Positions 40,001 to 54,708 of a stretch of DNA of 64,000 nt are shown in pieces; position 1 is the first letter of the stretch, and every line of letters starts with the position of its first letter. Origin of the DNA: Strigamia acuminata. Its lineage: Eukaryota. The DNA lies in the NCBI GenBank assembly GCA_949358305.1, contig OX442314.1, forward strand, positions 15,996,001-16,060,000, read 5' to 3'. The translations under genes were made by a program, and so were the position numbers. The notes under the pieces were generated by a model, which was not told the DNA's origin, did no database searches, and saw nothing but the letters and a program-made list of their open reading frames with translations.

Positions 40001-43000
40001 ATGCGCAGTACACATTATGCATAAAGTATTAGCAAAGTTAATTTACGCCATCAAACTCGTTATCATTATCGTCATTTCAGCTTGTTTCATCATCAAGATT
40101 CATTAAGGAGACAAACGAAAACATTGGCTTTAAGAGCATCTCGTTGAGCTCGTTGCAAATGCTTCATTTAATTTATTTGCCCGCAAATGACCTGGTCTGA
40201 TGAGAACCTGCACACCCTCTGCCATTCCATTTCTATGCACAGGGTGAAAATTCTTGAGATACTTTGCAAACAATATTACAGGCCCGCAACACGAGTGCTG
40301 CTTACTCATCTTGCTTTATTAAACCAACCCCAAACACAGGTGATGTGTAAAACTTTTAAAACGCCCACTGTCTTTGGCCCAACAGGCGAAAGGACATTGC
40401 ATGACTTCATTATCAGTGCTCTTTGAGCTGCCCTTTCAGCCTGACCTGAGTTACTAGATGGCTTTGTTCTCGCATGAAACACAGGGACTGCGGGCAAAAT
40501 TCTCCATTTCCTTCCTCCAGAGGGCTCAACCAGCTGACGCTCCGGTCCGAAATCGACCATTTATTTTCATTTCATAGCAAGAGGCCTGAAGAGAAGTGTG
40601 GAAATAAAACACTTTGTCACATGTCTCCAAGATTGGACACATGGTAGTAATCAGGCTGACACTTGTGTTCAGGTGCGCTAACATCGTTGGCAAATGACTT
40701 ACAACGTCACTGCATAAAACATTTATGTGCTGGACTCTCCTTTTGTGGGTCTAATTTGTTCCACGTCAAATATTTAGGTCTCCCATCTCCCATTTTTTAT
40801 CTACGCAGTCATTGGGTCGGGATTTTAATCAACATTTCAATCTTTGGAATGTAAAATGGAAAAGAAAAAAAAATCGATTTTACATCTTTGTCGTTTTCGA
40901 TTTGAAAACACTTGAAACTCAATTTAGTCAACAAGCATGCATAAAAAAAATAAAAAAAATACGGAGTAATAATTACCATATTGCCTCGATCTGTGGACGC
41001 AGCAACAATTCTTTTCCCTGACGAATTTGATACGGCGCTAATCCAATTACGCAACACAAATCGCGCTAATTTGCTGCAGCATCGAATCAAAGAGATGCAC
41101 TATGAAAAAGAAAAAAGATAAAACTTATGGAATAAGTTTTCATTTCTTAGTATTCAAATTGATGCTCAAAAAATATAAATTGCATTTTTTTCTTCTATTT
41201 AATACAAAAGGAAATTTAATACTCTAAATTTTTATTTTTTTTTGAATTACATTTCAATTTATCCAGAATTCTGAATTTCTTCGAACAAAAAGTTTTTAAT
41301 TATTCTTTACCGTATGTAAGGCTTATTTGAGTCTGATATCGAATTACGCTCGAAATCCATACTTCACAAGTGCATTCAAACACAATCATACCGCATTCAA
41401 CGTTATTTTTAAATGACAATGAAGCAGCTTGTAAAATATTTGAACCGACCTGGTAAACTAATGAAGATTAATAGGCCTACACCGTCGACTTAATCCAATT
41501 TTCTCGCTTGCTACCAGCTGTGCGCAGCTCGAAAAATCTAATTTCCACTCTTCAGCTTTACTGCTTTACAATTTTACACGAGTTAATATCGCGAGCAATA
41601 GAGCATAGATACAAATTTCATCACAGATCAAAGGTAAAACATATAAACAACTAATCACAATATCTGCTGAAAACTACTTTAAAATAAATACCTTACTTAA
41701 CCTAATTGCCCCACGACTTCATTACTTCATTAGGACTTAGCAAATATTACTTAGAATTGCAAGTACAGGTTTATTTTAAAATCTCAATTGGCACGTTACA
41801 TTGACAGTGCAGAAACCCGTTTAGTTCATTGCAAACAAGTCGTCAAAAATCCTCCTATTGGGTAATTAAAAGCAAATATTTGTTTTAATCATCGAAAATA
41901 TTAGGGCTTCGGGCTAAATTTCAACCTAATTGTACCTTTTCTTTGACAATTTGTCGGCAAATTAAAAGAACTTATTATGCGCATGTCAGAGGTAACTCAA
42001 GAATCACAATGAGAAGTGAAGCAGTACAAATCTTCACTCAATTAAGACCGGTTCAATCTTGATTCTTTTAAAGCTAGTTCAATTAAAATCTGTTGCCAAC
42101 AGGCTCATTGCCAGACTGAGATTGCTTGTTCTCTAACCCCAACAACACAATTCAAATGCATGTGCTAATTTTTAAAGCCATTCAAAGCCCAACAAATGCC
42201 ATTATTTTTATTGAAAGTTGATGAATAAAACTTGTGAAAGTTGAAACAAAACTTTCAAATTTATCAATTCAACGATTTCAAAACGAATGAAAAGAAACCT
42301 GTCAAAAAAGAATTGATATAAATTGTGGGAAACAGAATCACCGCTTTTACATCAATGTCATTTTTCTAGTTTTGTTCATATTTTTCATGCTTGTCTAAGT
42401 AATCAGACACGACATTCATCATAAGGTACAATTTGTACAATGGAAAATTCTGTTATCAGATATTCATCCACTGGAAACAAACTGATACATAGTGTTTGTA
42501 TGTTTCTGTATAAATATTCGGAGCGTGAATACAAAATAGAAATAACCATAAAAAAAATGTACAAAAAATCAATAAAAATTTTTTTCGAATAAAATTTGAC
42601 TTAAGATGCAAGCTGACACGGATTTAATGAAGCTTCAAAATTTCTTTGTGCGCTTGAATTGAATGAAAAGACTTGCGGATCAAATATGCGAAAGGATTTT
42701 TAAAAATATTAGTAATTGGGCAAACGTCCAGTGTTATAGTTAGGTAATCAAAATTCAAAACCAGGGAAAATCTAGTAATAATAACATACCAACAAAAAAG
42801 TAATAAAATATGAAAGTTGAGCAATGAATCCTTTAATTTATCTTCTTGCTCAGCATTTAAAAGAAAAACCGTAAGAAGCCTCTTTTTGCTCATCATAACA
42901 TTTCATATTTTCTAATTACTTCTAAAAAAATAAAAATAAAAATAAACTTTAAAGTAGCCAACAAGTTTGTAATTACAAGTTGCTATTGCAGTCTCACCGT

Positions 43001-44057
43001 CGAATTAAAAATGTAAAAAAAAAAAATTTAATATTTACAACTTTTTTAAATTGCAAAACAGGCTTGTTGCACAATTAATTGTTGTTTTATTTATAAAGAT
43101 ATTCACTATTTGTCATACGAGCGTGGGCATGTGCGTGTGGGCAGAACTAGAAAGTGAACTTTCAGATTGAATTTGGCATCGAGGTACTGGGTACAGACTG
43201 TATTAGCATTCATGCCATTTACTGTATACATAATACAATACATAAGCAGGTGTAGGTGTGGTTCTGTTTTGACCAAGTGCCAAGAACCTTTCAACCACGC
43301 CTTTTCTTGTTAAGTGAACACAAGTACCTTAAAATTCGTCAATATGATCGATCTACAAATAAAATAAACTTGCTCTTTTCTTACTAAACTTTAAGCTTGA
43401 CTTAAACCAAAAAAAAAATATCAATTCTATTAAAAGTTAAAATGGTATGTTACTTCGGCTTAAATACAAACAAACAAAAAATTAGAAATGGAATTGTTTA
43501 CTTTATAAAATAAACAACCACTTATATGATTTGATTGTTTGGACAATTCATTCAGCTGAGAAAGAGAAAAAAAATATCAGAAAAAAAGCTATTTGTGGAA
43601 AAATAATGTACAAAGTACATTTGATTGAACCAACAAAACCAATGAATCCAATAAGAAGAAAGCGTTTAAACCATTGAACTTTAAAATTAGATTATGGGAC
43701 CACGGATCTATTTACTAAAGTACGGGTACCAATGTTGTTGTTTTTTCAGCGGCAAAGTTATTGGTTTATTTTTCAAAAAACAACTGAAGTTTTAGCTTTT
43801 TCAGACTTTCAAGCCACAGCAAGAATTTACATACGTCTGAAATGAGACGAGCTGCGGAGCATGACTGAAACAATGCAGACGCACAGTGCATTTTGGGCCT
43901 GGTAACCCACACAAATGAACAATACAAATTTGACATTTACATGTTTGTTCAATTTTGCAAACTTTGTGATGCGTGAGTCTGTGCATCTACTCTAATAATT
44001 AATATTCTCTAATTTATTTAAGTTTAATGTGTTAGTTTTAAGATTTAATATAAAATA

Positions 44058-45059
44058 TGCTGCCTTGGGATATTCCAAACAAAGAGTTAAATTAACTAAG
44101 TCCCGGAATTGAAGTGGCAAAACCAGTTCAATGCCGTTTCAGATCTTCTATCGATTACTTGGCCTCAAAAGTAATGTCTAGGGATTAAATGAGTGATACA
44201 AGAATAAGTTTCAAATGAATAAATGTTTATTAAAGTTAAACAAAGATTATAAGTTGCAATGAAACAAAGCAGTAAAAGAAACGCGCGAGAAACAACGAGC
44301 GTTGTTCACGCGCGACAAATGGCGGCAACAAATTGCCGCGCGATGTGTAAAGACTCAAAAGATGTGAAATCTTGCAATTTCAAGGTGTTTGTTCGGCTAA
44401 GGAGCCAGAACAGTGGCTAGAGGGAACTAGGCCTCTGGAGAAACATGGGTTTGAACCACGAGTTGAAGCGGAAAATTCTCCATGGAAGATCGAATAAAAC
44501 CGGCGAAATGTTGATTGGTGCCGCGGCTGAATCCAGTCTTCTCGTCTGCAGAAATTCGCAAAATACCGTCAACTCAGGAGCAGGATCGGTCTTCGAATGT
44601 CGTCGGAAGCAGCAGGTGTTCAGTCTGCAGCCCTTGGTCGAAGAGGTCCGGTAGAGGGTTTATATGATGCATCAGACAAATCGGGTTGAATCTTTGTTGA
44701 ACTCACAAATCACCGGTCAGAACAATGCGTTATTAGCAGAGCTATGACAACGTGGTGAAGGTAATGAGTGGTAGGCAAAGAGTGAGTAATAACAAAATAT
44801 TACTCCAAAATCTGGCCGGAAAATTGGCCAATAAGCATGCATGGTCCGTGTCTGGTACACTTCTTGCCTAGCAAAGGTGCTCATTAGGGGCTAGCCACAG
44901 CAACCCCCTAATTTTGGCAGTATCGTTACCATGGTAGATGTAACAGCTTTTATCGAATAGCCGATAGCATAGGCAAAAGCGAAATAAATACATTATAATT
45001 ATTACATAATATCAACAAATTTTATCCAAAATGTCATGAGGACATTTGGGGTCATAACA
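44058..45059. mobile_element. About 1-kb insertion, probable solo LTR, nested in the 5' LTR
   Basis: TG...CA ends flanked by a duplicated AATA. Removing it restores colinearity with the LTR copy at 46980-47110. Confidence 0.7.
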
Positions 45060-45832
45060 AATATTATGTTATATTAAAACTGAATTGTGAAAGTGATATA
45101 GAGACACCAGAGCATCAAGAAAAATGATCAGAATGAAACAAAAACCAGGAGAAAAACAAATTGATTGTTACGTAATTTGAGGACATCAGCCTTTGTAAAC
45201 TTTAAAATAGATGGAATAATTGGTACTTTTTTCATTGACACAGGATCAGATTCTACTCTAATTTCAAAGCTATTTTGGAAAAAAAATAAACATTACTAAA
45301 AAGTTTAAATTAAAGCAAGTTAGCCAAGTGGAGAGTGTAACCGGACACCCACTTTCAATGGTTGGAAAGTGTAAAATTTGGAAGTAAAAAGTACACAAAG
45401 ACTGTTGCCATATGTAATGATAATTATATCTCACCAGCAGAGGGATTTTTCGGAAATGATATTGTTTTTGGTTTGAACATGAGTATATTGAGAGAAACAA
45501 AAGTAAAGAGTTCTTTGCTGAAGATTCGAATTGATGGTGTTGGATAAAGAAGGATTGGACTCAGAACACGACCATTGACTTCAAGCTTATTTGCATAAGT
45601 GTTTAATGAGTTTATGACACTGGTGACGCTTCAATCGTCAGCGTCACAAATTAACATACATGTAACAGAATTGGACTGTAGATCACTCCGAAAAGATCTT
45701 GAGAGTGCAAGGAGAAAGTTTATCACTTTTCTTTTCTATTACACAGGCAAGAAAAGTAAATAAGAAACTAAAAGCTACTACAACGAATAAGATGAGAGTA
45801 TGTCGTGTTATAATACGAGCAGTTGTAGATTA

Positions 45833-46025
45833 CCGTATTTTACCAAATAAGAGCCGCGGCTCTTATTCAAAACTGCCACTATGAGCTGCGGCTTTAATTC
45901 GGGGGCAGCTCCAATTCTGGGGCGGCTCTTATTTTAAATAGTGGCCAATATCTTACTGTTACGTTCATTGAACGTATGTAGCCGCGGCTACAATTCGAGG
46001 GTGACTCTTATTCGGTAAAATACGG
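45833..46025. mobile_element. Tc/mariner-superfamily MITE (CCGTA ends)
   Basis: TA|CCGTATTTTACCAAATAAGAG ... CTCTTATTCGGTAAAATACGG|TA. Confidence 0.85.
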
Positions 46026-49000
46026 TACATACTTTCGGCGTAAAGCCAATTTATAATAATGGGTCAAATTCCAAAACATGGGTGGAAGCAAGATAAGGGC
46101 ATAGTAGAAAGTAACACTATCAGAAAAGTCAAGAGTAATTTTGTTAGCAAATTATCTAGAGGTTTGTGCACTTATGCGCATTGAGAAGTGTTATATGACA
46201 CCTTATCATCCAATGAGTAACGATGTTTGTGAAAGAGTAAATAAGACAATTGTTAAAATATTGACACATTATGTTGAAAATGATAAAAAAGATTGACCAT
46301 AATGCATTCAATTTGCGCAATTTGCAGTGAACATTGCTGTGCATGAATCAACAGGAGAGACGCCACACTTTCTGTTTGTGGTGATATCAAATGTACTATT
46401 TATATTCGAATTATCACCACTAAAAATATTTATTATTTTTAATAAGTCTGGCTTGGGCACATGCCAAACCAGCCTGCTGTGTCTTGGGAGTGAAAACTCC
46501 CTAAGCATATCTCATCCCAATTTGGCTGGGGTGGGTTGCAAATTAACTGTTTTGGTGCAATAATTCTTTTGTTGCACCAAAATGCGCTCATTGCGCATAT
46601 CGGCTGCTCAGATCCAACGTGTGCCGGGCTCAACCTTAGAGTTTTGGCACACTCTTGATTTTACCAACAAACAAACAACACACCTTGTCATTGCTCTGCC
46701 AATTCCGGCAGTATTGACCGTGTTACGTTTTGTGTAAATTGAGACATTTTGCTGTATTCGCTTCGTTAGCAAATCCAGCATTTTTCAGTGTGTATGAACA
46801 CGTACATAAACTAACATGGACCATTTACAATAGTAAAACAGACTAGTCCTATTAATTTTGAATTACAAGGAATTTTACGAAGCAGAAGTTGCATTTACAT
46901 GCGAATGAAAAGAGGTTGGTCACCTCCAGAGTCAGCTGAAGATTTAAGTAATAAAGAGGCCCAGGCAGAAGAAGGGAGGTGTGATGCATGAGTCTATGCA
47001 TCTACTCTAATAATTAATATTCTTTGATTTATTTAATTATAATGTGTTAGTTTTAAGATTTAATCCAAAATATTAGTGTTATATTAGAACTGAATTGTAA
47101 AAGTGATATTGAAAAAAATTATATGATATGCGAGTATTAAATTATGGACAAGAACAATGAATAATGTGTCTGACTAAAAAATGACAATGAGATATCAACC
47201 AGCAATGCACCGGTCAAATAACAAGGGGACAAAAAACTGCAACAGTAAACAACAGTTGTGAACGAAGTCTTGTGTGAGCAGGATCAGGTATTTGAGTGTT
47301 GAGCCCTAGGCCTAAGTGTTTTTGTGTTAGTGTATTGTGCCAAAGATGCTAGCAAATGGAAATCATCCAGAAGCATTCACTACAAGAGACGATTCCTGTA
47401 AAACAACTGAACAGTAACTGTTGTGTGAAGAATAGTAGGCTTTATTTTAAGCTATTTTTATCTTACTTTGTATATATTGTTGCTTTCTTAATTATTAAAC
47501 TTTTGTTAATGTTTTCAGAAACTCTGATGAAAGTACTTTAAGTGTGAACTAGAGCATTATTCGTGAGATACATTAAGCCACACCTAGCCACATTGAATAC
47601 GATCAGGGATAATCTGTATTTTAAAAAAAGAATAACTAGGTACCTTATTAACTATAAAATTATGCCAGAAGTAAACAACAGAGCTTACATCACCGACAAG
47701 CTAAGCGTGAAGTCAGGAACAACATTCGTTCCAGGTAAGTAACCGTATAAACGTTTGTAGTGGAATTATTGCCTCGTAACAATTTGTTGAAATTGTTTAC
47801 TTACTTCACAATTTCATTTAAAAAAATAAATAATAAATACTGAAAAGGAAAGGAATAAACGGCTTTTCGCTCCGCTACTCAGCTGGAACCAATAAAGTGA
47901 AAAGAGAAAAAGAAATAGCTAAACTTTAGGTCCTGACCCATTTTCCCGCTACTTGCATTCATAATGTCCCAATAAATTTTACTTTAGGGGTAAAGATTAC
48001 GAGATCCAGAGCAGCTAATATTTAAAACCTATTCGCACACACCTATATTCTGTGCTACTGTCTCAGATTAGCAATCCAATGCCAAAAAATAATACAAAAA
48101 AATTTCCCCAGTGACTGTTTTCGTATATCTTAAAGTCTTAAATTGGATTTTTTTTTTTAAAAAAAAGAAAAAATAATCCATTTACTGATTGTTTGTCCGC
48201 TACGTATTATGTTTCTTTTAAAAACAAGTTTTTTATTTCCCTGGAAAATATTGCTATTTGAAACCCTGTACTAACGGTCCAACCAAACACACAGAAAAGG
48301 TAATTACGTCCTCGATCTGAGTTTTTTTGTGCTGTATCTGATTTATTGCAGAAATAAAGCAGTCAAGTGAACTCGCACGAATTCATAGTTACAAAAGCCT
48401 TGTGAAACTTTGCGAAACAAAGCTTTTCGCCCTTGACGTCATTGTGAAGCATGTTTTCCATGTTGTTTCACTGCACGTTTAGTCTTAATGGAAGACAACA
48501 GATGTGACAATTGTCTGTTTACTTCGACCAAATTACTTTCTTTCGACCATTTGAAATTAAATAGCTTGTCATTTTGTTCTTTAAGTGTGGTAAAAACTTT
48601 AGAAACTATAAAAAATTAATTTTTTTAAAACAAAATCCCTACGTAACTATAAAAATTCATCTTTAATTTTCATTAATTCGTGCAACAGAATTAAATGGAT
48701 CAATTTAAAAAAAATATGTAATTAGACATTGAGTTGTCCCAAGATGCACACTTTTAAGTCATATGGGCATACCCTTGTTTTATAAACGTGGTGTCGCTGT
48801 GTCAAGCCGAAGGTGCACTTCTAAAGTTCTAAGTGAGGTGAATCGTGAGCGAAAACTGCGGGCGCAGCGATAGTGAACAAAATGTTTTCACGTACGAAAA
48901 AGAAGAAAAAAAAAGAAAAAGGTAACCGATTTAGTGCACGACACGATGCCAAAAAAGTGTTTTTCAAGATGAGTGAATTCTTTTTAAATGTGTAAACAAC

Positions 49001-51686
49001 TTAGAGGTGTACTACTAAGTGAAACAAGTGACTGAGCCAAGTTTTTTTTTTACTTAACTCCATTAGGCTATTTTCATGTGAAATCATGTGAAAGACTTAA
49101 AGCAGCACTTTAAGTTGCACATTCGCACCTAAAAAAGACATTAGTGCATCTAATACGTGGACTTTACTTTGCATCTTAAAGCTATGCATCCTGAGACACT
49201 GTTTTACACTTAACTTCACTCGTTGGTGACACATTATACTATAAACTCCATATATCGATATCCATAAAATATATTTCATTAACTTTTTTGTTTTTTTTAC
49301 ATATCTCATGGCTAATCCTTCATTTTTGTTTGTCTAAATACTGTGTAGATTTGCTATCTTAAAGCTACAGACATATTTTTTTCATTTTTTAATCTTACCA
49401 GCCATTTACATTTTCTATCCAGGCCTATCTTCCACGTGCAGCCTACAAAGATAAAAGCAAAAACTTTACAACTCGTTTTAGCGTGCTCACAACCATATAC
49501 ATTCTTCATGACTAAAATAAAGCAAAAAAAATAAAATAAAAGTTTGATAATTGTTTTAAAGGTTAATTGTAGGCAATAAAACTAAATGGTGGGTTGTAAA
49601 TCTGACAGAATTCCCCTTTAAACGATTGAATTTTGTAAAATTGGTCCTAGTAAGATAGGTTATCGTCGTCATTGCCCATACAGATTGTACTAAAAGACCT
49701 CGAAAAACCGCAATCATTCTTTCATTTCGCTGCAAGGATAAGGATAAATTGAAGCAATTTGACGTCTTTCAAATTGGAACTGTGCAATTACTAGAAAACC
49801 AAAAAAATCCCAAATTTAAAAAATAAATTAACAGACTTTGAAATCTTTATTGTGATTTTTGACAGAAGATATAAAGGGAGTTAGTAATTTCGTATGAGTT
49901 ATACCACTCGTGTAAAGCACTAATGCCTTAATTTATTTTAATCTGACTATTTGCATTCTCACCACGGGTTTGTTTTCGTGGAAATAAATTGACACTTGAT
50001 TATTGGACTCTACGTCAAAATCATGTTTAGTTAAACGAGCTGTTGATGCCGCATTTTATCTTTAATTCTCTTTCAGATTAGACAATAATAGACTAATTCC
50101 TAGCCACAAACTTATCGTTCCACTCCCTAAATTTGCATATAAATTATTATCCATAAGGTAATTGCATTGCAAACGACAAAAAAGATAAAAATAATACTTA
50201 GATTAAGCATGAAACGTGTACTGAAAGTCTTGCTTTTAGCTTCTTTCACTGCACTTACAGAAAAACAGATAAAAAATCAATGCAATCCTCTGTTTGTTAA
50301 GTATTCTGCGCAACAGAGTTAATGACTCACTTGAGAAAATTTTTACTTTGGCTGAATAAAATATATGGTGAAGCTCCAGGAGGAGTTGTGTGTAAACATT
50401 TCAGAAATGTATAGTGTGCGCTTAGTAAATAATTAAATTCAGTTTAAAAATAAAACTTGAAATTGTTGCAAAATTCTCTTCTTTCTTAGAATAAGACTTT
50501 CCATTTCCGCGTAACCAAATTTTATGTTTAATAAAAAAAAACCAGAATAGCAATAAAATTATACTTTGAATTCGCGGTCTTTGTATGAATAAAGTATCAA
50601 AAAGGGTGAGTAAATATTGGCATTGACGTCCTACACCTTTTAAAGTGTAAGATAAAAGGAATTGAATAAAATAGCTATTAATAAAAAAAACATTATTCTG
50701 TTGTTATTTTTCTTCCTTTCTTTTGTTCTAGTTTTACAATGAACGCATGCTTTTGTCACAAAAGAAACATTTTTTTTAAAAAACCGCCTTCTGTAAACAC
50801 AAACATTATAATTTTTTTATTTGTATTTTAATTTTATGATAGAAAGCTTTTAAGCATGTTCCTTGCATGGTGCACACATGGAAAGGTCCAAAGGCTCTCT
50901 GAGTCTCTGCTGTAAAATATGACGAAGATCGTTTAAATACTAAATGCTTGGTAAAAATTGTAAAAAAGAAATTACAATAGCTGTGAAATAGAACATTTTC
51001 ACGATTCTCGTCTATAGCGTTTATAACGTCATGATAAAACAATCTACTTGATAATAATAATAATAAATTCTAATTTTCATCGGTGCTGTAATTTAAACAC
51101 GCTTAAAAACGTTTCAGGAATTTATATTTATCTTCTTTTAAATCTTCGAAGAGTTTTGTAAACAATTTAATTTTGCTATTTCAATTCATATCATCGCGAA
51201 CAGTGAAAGAGTTGGCCCCCCAAGTATATGTCCAATCAAAAAAAATTATTGGACTAGATAGCCCTTTCAATGGACCAAATGGAACTGTGATCTGTTTTGA
51301 TTGGACTCACTTTGTTCCTATCACTTTTTCGAATTTTATCTTGTGGGCCAACTTCATGCCATCGATATGACGGCACGGCTTTCTTAATCCGCTTCCGATG
51401 TACAGGAAGAAAATGGCGAGAAGTTAACCCACGAACGAATCATTGATTCGAAAGTAATGTGCTGAATTTAAAAATGTGTTTATTTTTATTTTTATTCTAA
51501 ATCAATTGCACGAAAACATGCGTGTTTTTATTTTTATCCTTTATACTTATTTTTTATTTTTATAAATATTCTTCCTGGTAGTGAGTTGAACGACAAATGT
51601 TACTGCGTTCAAATTTAAAGACAACAAAGCTGCATTATTTTGACATATGGCGGCAATAAATCCCTTCATGTAGGAAACACCTACAA

Positions 51687-52106
51687 AGGACGATCAGTTC
51701 AGGACCTCACATCACATCCGCTATTTCTTTGAAATCCAAGTTGTCCCGCATTGTTAAAACATTTTGCTGGCAAATGGCAAACAACTGACATCCGGTATTT
51801 ACATTTTTGGCAGACGTTACAACTACAGTTCAATTTTATTTAACGTTTGATTTAAAAATAATGCCTGAAAATTATTTCTTGTATTCTTAGATATTATTTT
51901 TAAATCAAACGTTAAATAAAATTGAACTACAGTTATAACGTTCGCCAAAAATGTAAATGCAGGATGTCAGTTGTCCGCCATTTGCCTGGAAAATAACCTC
52001 ATTTTGCACAGTTTCGGCCGGGTGGCGCCACGATTACAAGACAGAATCGCATTACAGTCTAACAATTAAATTGCGCTAGATGTGAAGTCCTGTAGTTGAT
52101 CGTCCT
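51687..52106. mobile_element. Palindromic (hairpin) MITE
   Basis: Outer arms AGGACGATCA...CACATC and GATGTG...TGATCGTCCT. Inner arms of about 100 bp at 51762-51862 and 51893-51991. Confidence 0.8.
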
Positions 52107-52966
52107 AGGAAATACTAACTGCTTTTATTTGTTATTTTCGTTTGTGCAAATTATTGCATACCTAGTGTCAACATTGTATTTTACCCTCTTCTAACAGGGA
52201 AGGAAATGCTATTTTTGCAACAATACAATCCAAACGAATCTCTTTTGGGTTTAATGTTTTATCTCGTCCAAAGTGTGATATCTTGTCCATCATTTTTTAT
52301 GGTTGTGATAAGTCTGGAATAAAGTGTTAACACTTCCGGCAGAGTTTCATTAATTAAAAATGAAACAATCTTGTCAGGTGATTATGGCGTCAGCTGTAGC
52401 CAGAAGCATAGTTGCTACCTACAGGCGCTTCATGTGTTATTAGCCGTATTATGTACGTCATGTGTACGTACAAAATATCCTGATTGGTCAACATTTTAAG
52501 TTTAAACAAAAATGCTAGATAAAGCTGAAAAGTTTTGAAGAAAAATTGGCATACGCCATACAGTGGGGGGCATCATGTTGATTCTCAGGAAAATTAATGA
52601 AATTTTAACTGGATACTTGTACAACATCCTACTTTATTCAACTACAATTTTATCAAAATCTATCCATTAGCTCTGAAGAAAAAAAATTATTTTTTGAAGT
52701 GACATCAAAAATTAAGAGGCAAAAGTAAGTTAACAAACTCTGTTAGCCATCGAGAAACCTTACAACAATGTCTCTTAACGCTTTGTTGGCCCTCCTTTAG
52801 CTTGTAGTATTGCTTTCAATTATTCAGCCATACTTTCAAGCAATTTCAGTAGCATTAATGGAGATATTTTACACCAAACATCAAGAAATGCTAATTTCAA
52901 CCACGGAGCATTTATTTTCAACTCTAAGAGGAACTTTTTGGTCCAAATCAAGAAATCATCTCATAA

Positions 52967-53434
52967 ATGTTCAATCGGATTAAGGTTAAAATAACTGAGA
53001 AAAATACGCCAATGGATCCAAACCAGAAGTTAGATGAACACGAAGAAAGACCTGAAATCGAATCGAAAATCTATCAAGTGCTGATCGGAAAAATAATGTA
53101 TTTGGCGACAAACACACGACCGGATCTGAGCTTTGCCATGAGCGCAATGTCGCAGTACAATTGCAAGCCGAAACATATGCATTATTGCGCGCTCAAACGC
53201 ATTTTGAAGTATTTGGAGAAAACAATCGATTACAGATTGACGTATCGCAGAGAAGCACGAAATTTACATGCTTATACGGACGCCAGTTGGGACCGGACCG
53301 AAGACGCAAAGTCATTTTCGGGATTCGTAATAATTGACGGAAGCGCGATCGTAAATTGGAGATGCAAGAAACAAAACACAGTCGCAACATCGAGCACCGA
53401 GAGCGAAAAGCGCGGAAAAACTGTTGTGGAGTAG
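52967..53434 (+). mobile_element. Ty1/copia pol fragment (RT C-terminus and start of RNase H)
   Basis: YQVLIGKIMYLATNTRPDLSFA, ALKRILKYL, AYTDASW and KKQNTVATSSTESE. Confidence 0.9.
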
Positions 53435-53916
53435 ACGAACTCCGAGGACATTCTTCGCAATCTGCACTATTGTCTTGAAATGGCCCACCCCTTATGAAGC
53501 ACCTTTGTGCAAGACACAACCTGCAAACCTGCACAGGGCAGCTCTGCTTATTGATGCACAATGACAAATGGCCATAAATTGAAGAAATAGCGAGGTAACT
53601 TCCTATACACTGGAATAACCTTTCCACAAACTAAACAATTTTGTTTTCAATTAATGGAATAATCAAAACAGGAAATACATCGACTCAGATAACAATATCT
53701 GAAAGCTTTTTCTATTATAAGTTTGACAACCAGTCGATGACTAACGATACACAAAACAATAGTACTCTCCTCCACCTAGCCACATTTATTAACTTAATAC
53801 TGCTAAATAACAACTGGAATTAGAAAATGGTCTGCGCAGAATGGGATGCGCAGTATTAGCATCAAGATACTGTAGTCGCATTTATTGCTTCAATCATTGT
53901 TCAAGCAAACACGCAA

Positions 53917-54708
53917 ATGAACAGTTCGACTATCATCTTCTCCTTTGAGGAAAACTTCGACCGTGATGGCGGCATCGCATGGATCCGCGCCTACTGGAAA
54001 CTCTCCTTCGTCTACGTGATCATCTACCTGCTGCTTATCTACCTCGGTGAACACTGGATGCACGCCCGTCGCGCATTCGACTTGCGCGGCGCTTTAGCCG
54101 TCTGGAACTGGAGTTTGGCGGCATTCAGTCTGATGGGCATCGTCCGATGTTTTCCCCAAGTATATGACGAATGGAACCGATACGGATTCGAGCACACAAT
54201 TTGCAACGTCGGAAGCGCAAGGGACAACCCGATCTTGGCGTTTTGGTCGTGGTGCTTTATCATGTCCAAAGTGGTCGAGTTGGGCGACACCGCCTTCATC
54301 ATTCTGCGTAAACGGCCCCTCGTTTTCCTACATTGGTACCACCACGTGACGGTTTTATTGTATTCTTGGTACAGCGCGCAACAAATGATCCCTACTGCTC
54401 GCTGGTTCAGTCTCATGAATGGCTTTGTTCACACTCTCATGTACACGTATTTTGCGCTCAGGGCCGCTAACTTGAAAATCCCGCGAACCGTTGCCATGAC
54501 GATCACCATCGCGCAGCTGATGCAGATGCTCGGAGGACTGTACGCCAATTGGCGGGCTTACCAAGTGAATATTCGCGGCCAAAAATGCGAGACTGGCTTG
54601 TGGAATATCAAGATTTCTCTGCTCATGTACGGTTCATATTGGCTTTTGTTCGCCAATTTATTTTATAATAGTTATGTAAAGAAACAACAGAGAGAAAAAA
54701 TCGCCTGA
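53917..54708 (+). CDS. ELOVL6: Fatty acid elongase, ELOVL6-like, intronless (copy 1)
   Basis: SKVVELGDTAFIILRK, FLHWYHH, MNGFVHTLMYTYF and ITIAQLMQM motifs. Confidence 0.92.
   Translation: MNSSTIIFSFEENFDRDGGIAWIRAYWKLSFVYVIIYLLLIYLGEHWMHARRAFDLRGALAVWNWSLAAFSLMGIVRCFPQVYDEWNRYGFEHTICNVGSARDNPILAFWSWCFIMSKVVELGDTAFIILRKRPLVFLHWYHHVTVLLYSWYSAQQMIPTARWFSLMNGFVHTLMYTYFALRAANLKIPRTVAMTITIAQLMQMLGGLYANWRAYQVNIRGQKCETGLWNIKISLLMYGSYWLLFANLFYNSYVKKQQREKIA

Larger units (their letters stand above)
43965..47570 (+). mobile_element. Degenerate, internally deleted Ty3/gypsy element
   Basis: Direct repeats starting TGTGATGC at 43965 and 46980, with a PPT (GAAGAAGGGAGG) before 46980. Protease relic FFIDTGSDSTLIS (about 45200-45270) and integrase relic TPYHPMSNDVCERVNKTI...HESTGETPHFL (about 46170-46375) with stops. 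The right end is approximate. Confidence 0.8.

Noticed and set aside
37300..43900. Short ORFs upstream of the GPCR
   Set aside because: They are low-complexity AT-rich ORFs without domains. The region is probably 5' UTR introns and regulatory DNA (candidate acceptor near 37313, donor near 39237), which cannot be confirmed without cDNA.
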